A DNA stretch of 32,000 nucleotides from NCBI GenBank assembly GCA_038889235.1, contig JAWAHN010000002.1, positions 104,356 to 136,355 of the forward strand, read 5' to 3'. The notes under the pieces were generated by a model. The model saw only the letters and a list, made by a program, of their open reading frames with translations, was not told the origin of the DNA and ran no database searches. This DNA comes from Candidatus Jordarchaeales archaeon. Its GTDB lineage: Archaea > Asgardarchaeota > Jordiarchaeia > Jordiarchaeales > Freyrarchaeaceae. Both the position numbers and the translations under genes were made by a program. Shown one piece after another: positions 1 to 7,453 of the stretch. Each line of letters starts with the position of its first letter. Positions within the stretch are counted from its first letter, which is position 1.

Positions 1-282
1 TACTATTTAAATCTTCATAGGGGTACGGCAACTTATAAAACTGTCCCGACAGGTGGGGGGTGCACAGATAGGTCTCAATATACATTCTAGCTGTACCAGT
101 TTACATTTCCCGTTCACGAGGTAACCAAACGAATGCCTGCCTTTCTCAACAATGTTCAATAATGACTGATTGTAGTTGATGATTTATCAATTTGAACTAC
201 TAATTAGAGAAATAACTTTTATTAATGTTGAAAGTAATTAATGATACATGCCTCCCTCCTATGCTCATTAAGTGGTGGTTTC

Positions 283-984
283 ATGCCATCCTCTCCGAAG
301 GCGGTTGTTCAGAGCGAGGAGATGAATACTGCTACCCAAAAGGTGATAGAGCTGCTTACACCTGTTAGAGAGTGCATTGTTCGCACCCTCCTATCGAGGT
401 TCCCCATGCGTGGGCTGGAGCAGATGCTCCGCGAGGCCTTCGACAACGCCGTTTCCGAGAATTTATGCTTATTCTCCAGTCTAATTTCTCAAAAAGAAGG
501 AGAAGAGAGAAGAGAGGAATCACTAAAAAAGGCGATGTTAGATGCTAAAGAGCTCTTAAAGACTCCCGCTGTCGAGGGTGATGCACCTGAATCTTTGAAG
601 GAAGACGTTTTGCGCTTAAGAAAAGAGATTGACCGCTTGGTTTTGGAGTTAAAGGTTAGAGACAAAAAGATCAAGGAACAAGAAAAACTCTTGGAAAAAT
701 TGCGTGCACTTAATGAAGACAGCTTGTTCGTAACGCTACTCGGAGGAAACATGCCTCAGACTTGTCCGGAAACGCTTTCCTTCTGGAAGCAGGTTAGTAC
801 ATTTCTAGAGAAAGAGCCGAAGTTTAAGATTTTACGCCTACTCATACACTTAAAAGAGTTGTCCCTAGAGAAACTCTACCAGTCGACTGGTATACAAAAA
901 CAGCTTGTAGCGAGATACCTCGATGAAATGAAGGAAGCAGGGCTTATTGAAGTCGTGGGCGAGAATGTAAGGTTGAAAATATAG
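283..984 (+). CDS. Hypothetical protein with central coiled coil and C-terminal winged helix-turn-helix
   Basis: ATG at 283 follows an SD-like GGTGGT. Heptad-like segment LKEDVLRLRKEIDRLVLELKVRDKKIKEQEKLLEKL; C-terminal KFKILRLLIHLKELSLEKLYQSTGIQKQLVARYLDEMKEAGLIEV fits an ArsR/MarR-type wHTH pattern. Confidence 0.6.
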   Translation: MPSSPKAVVQSEEMNTATQKVIELLTPVRECIVRTLLSRFPMRGLEQMLREAFDNAVSENLCLFSSLISQKEGEERREESLKKAMLDAKELLKTPAVEGDAPESLKEDVLRLRKEIDRLVLELKVRDKKIKEQEKLLEKLRALNEDSLFVTLLGGNMPQTCPETLSFWKQVSTFLEKEPKFKILRLLIHLKELSLEKLYQSTGIQKQLVARYLDEMKEAGLIEVVGENVRLKI

Positions 985-1326
985 TTACTTCTGCCCCCGC
1001 GTTTTTACCAGCCAGTTAAGCGGGATCCTATATGTCCCCTCTCTATCTGAGACTATGAGTGGAGCACCTTTAACGAGTGCTTCAAGGTTTATCTCGAATA
1101 CTCCCCTACGCAGTATTCTCACGGTTTCAACTCTCTCCTCGCTTCCCTCACTGTCTACGTGTTGACTGAGCGTCTCGTCTACTTTCTCATCGGCTTTCTC
1201 CACTTTTTCACGGCTGAATTCCCGCACTAACTTAAAAACGTTGGAGCCGCATGCTGGGCAGCTTAACTCGCTGTGTCCATCAGGAATTTTTTTGCCACAA
1301 GCAGCGCAGACGTTGTAAAAGCTCAC
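985..1326 (-). CDS. oapC: Zn-ribbon protein OapC (DUF2072-like)
   Basis: CAAC...CPACGSNVF Zn ribbon and C-terminal GVFEINLEAL...DREGTYRIPL. GTG start overlaps the oapB stop (GTGA); third gene of the GTPase-DUF2073-Zn-ribbon triad. Confidence 0.8.
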   Translation of the reverse strand: MSFYNVCAACGKKIPDGHSELSCPACGSNVFKLVREFSREKVEKADEKVDETLSQHVDSEGSEERVETVRILRRGVFEINLEALVKGAPLIVSDREGTYRIPLNWLVKTRGQK

Positions 1327-1640
1327 TTAGTGCACCCCATCGTGTACATCAAGGAAATCAAATCTTTTCCTTTAGTTACTTCGACAAGGTCGGAGGGAGC
1401 AACGACTGTTATTTTGCCGCCTTTCCTCTCCCCGTTGAACGTGACAACTTCTATCCCGCAGAAATCCTTGAAATCAATTTCCATCATAGTCTCCTTAATA
1501 AGTTCGGCTTGCTCTTCAGGCTTCAGCTTTTCCTCTAAGATCAATATGCTCTTCCCCTTAACTTTCTCAATGATCATCTTCACTTTGTCGCTTGGGCTCA
1601 AGCTCTTGGTGGCTCTCTCGGAGATTATGTCTATCTTCAA
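1323..1640 (-). CDS. oapB: OapB / DUF2073 family protein
   Basis: Motifs KGKSILILEEKLKPEEQAELIKETMMEID...GIEVVT and KITVVAP. TTG start at 1640 with GGAGG SD (ORF track starts 6 codons earlier). Confidence 0.8.
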   Translation of the reverse strand: MKIDIISERATKSLSPSDKVKMIIEKVKGKSILILEEKLKPEEQAELIKETMMEIDFKDFCGIEVVTFNGERKGGKITVVAPSDLVEVTKGKDLISLMYTMGCTK

Positions 1641-1651
1641 GACGCGCCCTC

Positions 1652-2257
1652 CTAGCAATATTCTGTTATCGTTTTGTAGAGCTCCTCCATATTATATCCA
1701 TGCAGCGCGGATACGCAAACAACCTTGTAGTCCGGGAAGGACTCCTTAATGAGCTCTGGCCGCGCCTCTGGAAGGTCTATCTTGTTTGCAACTATGATCG
1801 TCGGTATTTTCTTAGATTTCAGGCATCCCAGAATTACCAAGTTAACCTGGTCAAATGGAACCTTTGTCGAGTCAAAAACTGTTAAAGCCACGTCTATGTT
1901 GTCAAGCCACTGTATAGCCTCCACAACGCCGCGCGTGGCCTCCTTAGCCCTCTCCACTGCTTCTTCCTCGCTTAAACCGTACTTCATGAAGTCTCTATAG
2001 TCCACTTTACTCGCTATTCCAGGCATATCGACCAAGTCGACATTAACCCCTTTACCGTTAAACTTTATGTTAACTTGCCTAGCAATAGTCGCCTTTCTCG
2101 TCTCGTGAGGTATAGGTGAAACCGTACCAACTTCGACTCCAAGAAAATCCTTCGCTATCCTATTGGCAAGAGTAGTCTTGCCAGCATTGGGCGCCCCATA
2201 AATGCCCAGGATAAAGTTTTGCTTTTTCTTCAAAATTCTCGAAATTTTATCGAGCAA
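1652..2257 (-). CDS. oapA: Era-like GTP-binding protein OapA
   Basis: G1 GAPNAGKT, G2 HETR, G3 DMPG, G4 NKID, G5 SAL. TTG start at 2257 after GAGGGGAG SD; the ORF-track extension to 2404 is not supported. Confidence 0.85.
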   Translation of the reverse strand: MLDKISRILKKKQNFILGIYGAPNAGKTTLANRIAKDFLGVEVGTVSPIPHETRKATIARQVNIKFNGKGVNVDLVDMPGIASKVDYRDFMKYGLSEEEAVERAKEATRGVVEAIQWLDNIDVALTVFDSTKVPFDQVNLVILGCLKSKKIPTIIVANKIDLPEARPELIKESFPDYKVVCVSALHGYNMEELYKTITEYC

Positions 2258-2790
2258 GTTAACTCCCCTCGCAGTGTTTAACCAGAACCGCTTCCTGGCT
2301 TTAGCGGAAAACATGCCGACCCAAAATAGGATGAAAAGAAAAACCAATTTTAAGCTTGAATAATACCATGAAAACACTAACACTAGATATATGGGGAGCT
2401 TCATCAGTTAAGCAAACGCCCGGCTTACTCCTAAACAATTTCCTGTCTTACTGTTCAAACACAGCCCAAGTGTATTCCTTAACACAGTTAGTAAGCCTAT
2501 AGTTGGCAGCGTGTTGGATTTTCGCCGAGAACGCCGAACCAGCGTAAGCACCCTAAGATGCAGTTGTCCATAAGCTCTACGCCACCCAGTAACCATAAAC
2601 TACTAGCTAACTCGACACTGTTGTAGCAACTTTTACGGTTAGAAGACGTCACGCAGCCCTTGCTAGACGATTTTTCATGGGCGACTAAAAAGGTGCCCTA
2701 CGAGTTAATTTTATCTTTCTCCCCTTATTCCTTATAACTTGACAACTTTTAGTCATGCGGCCTTTTCTCAAGTAAGGGAGGGTCTCTGAG

Positions 2791-4161
2791 TTGGTAGAAA
2801 TCAGAGAAATCCTCCCTGGGCGTTTTGAAAGAATAGGTGCTCACTCACACATAAAGGGTCTCGGGTTGCGAGGACTTAAAGCCGAACTGGTCGCCGACGG
2901 CATGGTTGGACAAACAGAGGCTAGAGAGGCGGCAGGAATAATTGTCAGAATGATAAAGGAGGGCAAGATGGCCGGCCGAGGGGTCCTGCTTGCGGGACCA
3001 CCGGGGACAGGTAAGACCGCCATTGCCATCGCTATAGCTAAAGAGTTGGGTGAAGACGTTCCGGTAGTAATGATCACAGGTTCAGAGATATACTCTGAAG
3101 AGGTAAAGAAAACCGAGATCCTAACTCAGGTATTAAGGAAGGCTATAGGGGTCAGGATACACGAAATAAAGAAAGTGTACGAGGGTGTCGTCAAAAACTT
3201 GGACATAACTATGGTGAAGAACCCCTACAACCCCTACCAACAGATCCCCCAGTCCGCGAAGATAACGATTGCCACTAAGGACGAATCCAAAACTTTCGAG
3301 GTTGGACAAACCATAGCTATACGCTTGATCAACGAGGGAGTTAGCGTAGGCGACGTGATAATGATCGACGCAGAAACCGGCCGAGTTACACGTGTAGGGA
3401 AAGCCGAGTCCCCAGACGTCAAGAAGTATGACATTGAAGCGGAGAAGCCGGTTCCAGTGCCCTCGGGACCAATACTTAAGGAGAAGGAGTTCATCTATAC
3501 GCTGACCCTCCATGACCTTGACGAGATAAACGCCAGAAGGAGCAGCTTCTCGATATTCAGCCTGTTTGGAGGAGGAAGAGAAGAAAAAGAAATAGACCCA
3601 GAGATACGGGAGAGAGTGAACCAGATGGTAAAGAACATGGTCGAGGAAGGGCGGGCTGAAATCCTGCCAGGCGTAGTGTTCATAGACGAAAGTCACATGC
3701 TCGACATAGAAGCATTCAGCTTCATAGCCAGAGCTATGGAGTCCGAGCTAGCACCAATAATAATACTGGCGTCGAACAGAGGGTTCGCAAAGATAAGGGG
3801 AACAGAGCTTGTGTCACCGCATGGAATGCCACTAGATCTCCTGGATAGGCTTCTCATAATAAACACGAGGCCATACACTGAAGAAGAAATACGAGAAATA
3901 CTGAAAATAAGAGCCAAGGAGGAAAAGATAGAGCTCAGCGAGGAAGCACTAGAGTACCTAACACAGATAGGAGCGAAAACCAGTCTGCGCTATGCAGTGC
4001 AGCTCCTAACCCCAAGCATGGAACACGCTAAGGAAAACGGACGCAAGAAACTAACCAAGGAAGACGTGCAAGCCGTGGAGAAACTTTTCGCTGACGTTAA
4101 GCGTTCAGCCAACTACGTGAGAAATCACGAAAAAGAGTTCATGGTTTCAGAACCAGCATAA
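2791..4161 (+). CDS. tip49: TIP49/RuvB-like AAA+ DNA helicase (RuvBL1/2 homolog)
   Basis: RIGAHSHIKGLG N-terminus, Walker A GPPGTGKT, Walker B FIDESH, SLRYAVQLL motif. Confidence 0.97.
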   Translation: MVEIREILPGRFERIGAHSHIKGLGLRGLKAELVADGMVGQTEAREAAGIIVRMIKEGKMAGRGVLLAGPPGTGKTAIAIAIAKELGEDVPVVMITGSEIYSEEVKKTEILTQVLRKAIGVRIHEIKKVYEGVVKNLDITMVKNPYNPYQQIPQSAKITIATKDESKTFEVGQTIAIRLINEGVSVGDVIMIDAETGRVTRVGKAESPDVKKYDIEAEKPVPVPSGPILKEKEFIYTLTLHDLDEINARRSSFSIFSLFGGGREEKEIDPEIRERVNQMVKNMVEEGRAEILPGVVFIDESHMLDIEAFSFIARAMESELAPIIILASNRGFAKIRGTELVSPHGMPLDLLDRLLIINTRPYTEEEIREILKIRAKEEKIELSEEALEYLTQIGAKTSLRYAVQLLTPSMEHAKENGRKKLTKEDVQAVEKLFADVKRSANYVRNHEKEFMVSEPA

Positions 4162-4607
4162 AACCACCAAAGTTACCGCAGTAATAGGAAAATTTTCCCC
4201 ATCTGAGAAAATAAATCTCTCGAAGAGGAAAACTTAAGCCCTCTTTTTTCTCGGAAGCTAACTCTAAACAAATTGTCAACGAACCCCTTTCTCATACTAA
4301 CAAAAACCGAGACATTGTCCTCGTCATCCGCAAAACTTTGCTACGAGTTTATAAAGCAAATCCTAAACCTGAACGAGCTTCGACATGGAAAACGAACGAA
4401 AAACGAGTAAAAACGCGCTAGGCGGTTTTTCCTCAAATCAACGAAAACATCAGTCTTAGCAGTTAAGTCGCCCCTAATTAACTTAGACTCTGAAAAACTC
4501 GCCGAGGACCGCATTATCACAGAAAGAGAACGGTAAAACTATTTTTAGTGGTGCACTCTTTCTTAGCTTGTTTTACACTTGAAGCCCCAAAGAGGGTGGT
4601 GTTACTC

Positions 4608-5636
4608 TTGTTCAGAAGGGTTGTGTGGTCCTCTACAATCATCGACCATAGATGTGGTTTCACTCGGGTCTCACTCCCCGTCGAAGTCAGATTCGACCCC
4701 TTAACAGGGAGACCGTGCATAATTTCCGAAGCACGCCTCACACTTCCCGTGAAAGCGGACTTCTCAGAGCTTGCAAAACTAACAGAAGCGTTCTGCCCCT
4801 TCTGCCCCGAAAGAATAGAGGCAGCTACGCCCAAGTTCCCGGAAGAGTTCATCCCGGAAGGGCGAATAAGAGTTGGGGAAGCTGTTGTGGTACCTAACCT
4901 CATGCCTTACTCCCAATACAGTGCAGTCACTATCATCTGCAAGAAGCACTTCGCCACACCATCAGAACTCACACAGGAAACCCTGACAAACGCCTTTCTA
5001 GCATCGCAAGAATACCTGAAAAAGGTGGCGTCGCACGACCCCTCTCAAAAACACTTCCTTGTAACTTGGAACTTCATGCCCCCCTCAGGAGGCAGCATAA
5101 TACACCCCCACCTCCAACCAGTAAGCTACCCGGAGCCGACAGGGTACTACCACGAGCAACTCGATGCCTCAAGAAACTTTATTGCAAGACACGGCGAAAA
5201 CTTCTGGGAGCTACTCATCAAAGAAGAGAAAAAGCTGGGAGAACGATATATAGGAGCAACCGGGAACATACACTGGCTCACGGCCTTTGCCCCAAGAAAC
5301 TACCTCTTCGAAGTAATCGCGGTTTTCCTCCAAAAAACATCCATACTAGAACTCGAACACCAGGACATCGAAAACTTCGCCAAAGGACTAACAAAAATCC
5401 TAAACTACATGGAAAACGTGAACATCACAAGCTTTAACCTCATCCTACAATCAGGGCCACCAAATGAAACAAGCTACAGAGTTAACGCATCAATAATACC
5501 CAGGTTCACACTACCACCACTAGGAACATCAGACACAGCATCCCTCCGAGCACTAAACGACACATCAGTGTGCTACAAAAAACCAGAAACCACATGCGCG
5601 GAAATCAAACAATACTTCCAAACAACAAACGGGTAA
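4608..5636 (+). CDS. galT: Galactose-1-phosphate uridylyltransferase-like HIT-fold protein
   Basis: RFDPLTG, CPFC Zn site and HPHLQ (HxHxQ) catalytic motif. Start uncertain: TTG at 4608 chosen from the upstream GAGGGTGG; the ORF opens at 4548. Confidence 0.8.
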   Translation: MFRRVVWSSTIIDHRCGFTRVSLPVEVRFDPLTGRPCIISEARLTLPVKADFSELAKLTEAFCPFCPERIEAATPKFPEEFIPEGRIRVGEAVVVPNLMPYSQYSAVTIICKKHFATPSELTQETLTNAFLASQEYLKKVASHDPSQKHFLVTWNFMPPSGGSIIHPHLQPVSYPEPTGYYHEQLDASRNFIARHGENFWELLIKEEKKLGERYIGATGNIHWLTAFAPRNYLFEVIAVFLQKTSILELEHQDIENFAKGLTKILNYMENVNITSFNLILQSGPPNETSYRVNASIIPRFTLPPLGTSDTASLRALNDTSVCYKKPETTCAEIKQYFQTTNG

Positions 5637-5637
5637 G

Positions 5638-5727
5638 TGGCGGCCCCGAGGGGACTTGAACCCCTGAATTCCCGGCTTAGGAGGCCGGTGCCCTCTCAGG
5701 AACACATCCTGGCTAGGCCACGGGGCC
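5638..5727 (-). tRNA. tRNA-Arg(CCT) with genomic CCA and an 11-nt intron at 20a/21
   Basis: Acceptor GGCCCCG/CGGGGCC, anticodon stem CCGGC/GCCGG around CT-CCT-AA, T arm AGGGG-TTCAAGT-CCCCT. Removing 5695..5705 gives a normal D arm GCCTAGCCAGGATAGGGC. Confidence 0.95.
5695..5705 (-). other. 11-nt tRNA intron (bulge-helix-loop type)
   Basis: Intron GTGTTCCTGAG. Helix CAGG/CCTG; cuts AT|G and AG|A fall 2 nt 3' of each helix strand. Confidence 0.85.
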
Positions 5728-5766
5728 AACCAGCAGCCACACCAATAATACCTAAACAACTACTAG

Positions 5767-5811
5767 TTTTTTAATCCTTTCCCTTCCATAAACACCAGAA
5801 AAGTTTAAGTA
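5767..5811. promoter_or_regulatory. Divergent BRE/TATA promoters for tRNA-Arg (-) and tRNA-Gly (+)
   Basis: GAAAAGTTTAAGTA at 5798..5811, about 30 nt upstream of tRNA-Gly; TTAAAAAA on the minus strand at 5767..5774. Confidence 0.55.
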
Positions 5812-5840
5812 CAATCTCCACAATTACCCAAGACTTGGGC

Positions 5841-5936
5841 GCGGGCGTAGTCCAGCCTGGTCTAAGACGGCGGCCTGCCACGCCGCGGACCCGGGTGGTT
5901 AACAAAAACCAGGGATTTCAAATCCCGGCGCCCGCA
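5841..5936 (+). tRNA. tRNA-Gly(GCC) with a 21-nt intron at 53/54
   Basis: Acceptor GCGGGCG/CGCCCGC, anticodon stem GCGGC/GCCGC around CT-GCC-AC. Removing 5896..5916 restores the T arm CCGGG-TTCAAAT-CCCGG. Confidence 0.95.
5896..5916 (+). other. 21-nt tRNA intron (relaxed BHB)
   Basis: h GA/TC, H CCCG/AGGG (one G.A mismatch), bulges GG|T and AT|T, h' GGTT/AACC. Confidence 0.85.
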
Positions 5937-5976
5937 TTAAAATCCACAAAGAAGAAATAAAATAGTGGAATTAGTG

Positions 5977-6813
5977 CTATATTTTCGTTTCCAACCATTC
6001 ATCTATGTCTTTAAGGACCTTCTCTTTTTCTAGTTCATTAAGTATTTCGTGGTACAATCCCTTGTAGATTTTCATCGTGAAGTCTTTGTGTTTCACTTTC
6101 TCTGCTAGTTCCATGCTTCCTTTGGGGTTGACTAGCTTGTCTTCTCCTGCTACTAATAATAGTGTTGGAACTTTGAGTTTGTCGGCATTTTCAAGTATTG
6201 TTTTCATGGCTTTGATGAATTCAACCGCAAATTTGACCGTGATCGTCTTGAATATTAACGGGTCGTTGGCGTATGCTTCGCAGACTTTCTTGTCGTGGGA
6301 TAGAGTGTATGGATCTATTTGGCTCGGTATCTCCTGCTTGGGGTTTGTCTTTGCAAGTTCTTCGAGCATCTTCATCGTTCCAGCGTCTACGTCGCTCGCA
6401 AGTCTCAGCGCAGGAGAGGAGAGAACTAGACAGTCGATTTTTTCCGGGTTTTTGAGCGCGTACAGCAATGCTATTGTTCCGCCCATACTGTGGCCTAAGA
6501 GGATAAGCTTCTTTTCCTTTTCTTTTTTCTTCACCATATCGATGAACGTGTCGAGGTCTTCCACGTAGTCGTCGAAGTTGTCCACGTGTCCTCTGGCTCC
6601 CTCGGAGCGGCCGTGCCCCCTGTGGTCCAATGCGTAAAATGCTATACCTTTGCTGGCAAAGTGTTCTGCCACATGCTTATACCTTCCCGAGTACTCGGCC
6701 AAACCGTGGGCTGCAACCATTACTGCCCTAACTTTTTCAGGTCTCCAAAACTGGTAGTATATTTTCAATCCTTCTTTTCCCTTAAACTCTCCCTCCTCAT
6801 GAGCAATTTTCAC
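5977..6813 (-). CDS. Alpha/beta hydrolase (lysophospholipase / monoglyceride lipase family)
   Basis: HGLAEYSGRY, DHRGHGRS, nucleophile GHSMGG, catalytic Asp (AGEDKLV) and His (GLYHEIL). Confidence 0.92.
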   Translation of the reverse strand: MKIAHEEGEFKGKEGLKIYYQFWRPEKVRAVMVAAHGLAEYSGRYKHVAEHFASKGIAFYALDHRGHGRSEGARGHVDNFDDYVEDLDTFIDMVKKKEKEKKLILLGHSMGGTIALLYALKNPEKIDCLVLSSPALRLASDVDAGTMKMLEELAKTNPKQEIPSQIDPYTLSHDKKVCEAYANDPLIFKTITVKFAVEFIKAMKTILENADKLKVPTLLLVAGEDKLVNPKGSMELAEKVKHKDFTMKIYKGLYHEILNELEKEKVLKDIDEWLETKI

Positions 6814-6972
6814 TTGCCTATCCCCCCACCTTTTCTGCTTAAGTGTTGGCGCTCTCCATTTGCTTTCTTTTTACTATAATTTAACTTTTATGTAGAATTT
6901 CATGTACCAGCAGCATTGAACGGTTAACGCTTGCACTGTTTGTCCAGGTTAATCAGTGCTCAGAGGAGGAAA

Positions 6973-6983
6973 GAAATATATAA
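6973..6983 (+). promoter_or_regulatory. TATA box of tRNA-Trp
   Basis: Purine-rich run then AAATATATAA, about 30 nt upstream of G1 (7010). Confidence 0.6.
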
Positions 6984-7028
6984 CTTGACGGCGAATTTCT
7001 TCTCTCGATGGGGGCGTAGCGCAGCTAG

Positions 7029-7043
7029 AACGTTTGTGGCGAA
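7029..7043 (+). other. 15-nt D-loop intron (18/19) of tRNA-Trp
   Basis: H AGCT/GGCG (one A.G mismatch), bulges AG|A and AA|G, h' AC/GT. Removal restores the invariant G18-G19. Confidence 0.8.
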
Positions 7044-7062
7044 GTAGCGCGGCTGGCTCCAG

Positions 7063-7141
7063 AAGCAATGAGAACAAACTGGTGCGCTGATTGGGGATGA
7101 TGACCTTCTGGAGCTTCGAGCCGGAGAGGAATCCCGGAAGC
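7063..7141 (+). ncRNA. Canonical 37/38 intron of tRNA-Trp encoding a box C/D guide RNA (predicted Cm34 and Cm39)
   Basis: C box ATGAGAA 7068..7074, D' CTGA 7087..7090, C' ATGATGA 7097..7103, D TCGA 7116..7119. Guides are complementary to GCACCAGTT and GCTCCAGAAG; the N+5 rule lands on C39 and C34. Confidence 0.85.
7127..7139 (+). other. 13-nt intron nested within the 37/38 intron
   Basis: h G-C, H CCGG/CCGG (perfect), bulges AG|A and AA|G, h' G-C closing GAAT. Its removal creates GGAG-GC|A, the missing 3' half of the 37/38 BHB. Confidence 0.75.
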
Positions 7142-7160
7142 ACCAGTTGGTCGTGGGTTC

Positions 7161-7178
7161 ACCCTCTCCGGGGCCTTC
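7161..7178 (+). other. 18-nt T-loop intron (56/57) of tRNA-Trp
   Basis: H GGGT/GCCT (two G-U), bulges TC|A and TC|A, h' CCC/GGG. Of the registers checked (53/54 to 56/57), only 56/57 gives a BHB. Confidence 0.8.
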
Positions 7179-7453
7179 AAGTCCCACCGCCCCCATCATT
7201 CTCTGCTTCCCCCAGGATTTTTCGGCTGCTTTATCTGTCTGGTGTGTAATCCTAAGTTTTGCTTTCAACTTTCGAATGCCCTCTCGACTTGCCACTCGTC
7301 TCTGAGACCACTTGCGGGCTACCCCTTCATTTAAAAAAGATCTGTGGTGGGCGGAAGAACGAGCTGTTCGGCTTCTAGGTGGGTTCGTGGAAAAAATTTT
7401 TATTCTGTTTGTTGGGAGTTCTTCAAGTTGGTGCCCGAAAAGGAGGGTTTGTC

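Larger units (their letters stand above)
7010..7195 (+). tRNA. tRNA-Trp(CCA) with introns at 18/19, 37/38 (containing a nested intron) and 56/57
   Basis: Acceptor GGGGGCG/CGCCCCC, D stem GCGC/GCGC, anticodon stem GCTGG/CCAGT around CT-CCA-GA, T stem GTGGG/CCCAC. Removing 7029..7043, 7063..7141 and 7161..7178 leaves a canonical 74-nt cloverleaf. Confidence 0.93.

Noticed and set aside
2408-2596. 62-aa minus-strand ORF upstream of oapA
   Set aside because: No SD or motif support; composition not protein-like.
1-2790. Replication origin (ORB boxes) near oapABC
   Set aside because: No ORB or mini-ORB consensus repeats and no cdc6/orc1 seen in the window.
4170-4515. Minus-strand frame of about 110 codons broken by one TAG between tip49 and galT
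   Set aside because: Phe/Ser/Arg-biased, no recognisable motif, no BHB found around the stop; treated as intergenic.
7010-7195. First impression of an SRP or RNase P RNA (long GC-rich structured non-coding stretch)
   Set aside because: Fully explained as a tRNA-Trp cloverleaf plus introns.
6960-7295. 111-aa minus-strand ORF (and 6949..7143)
   Set aside because: Antisense to the intron-containing tRNA-Trp; no protein features.
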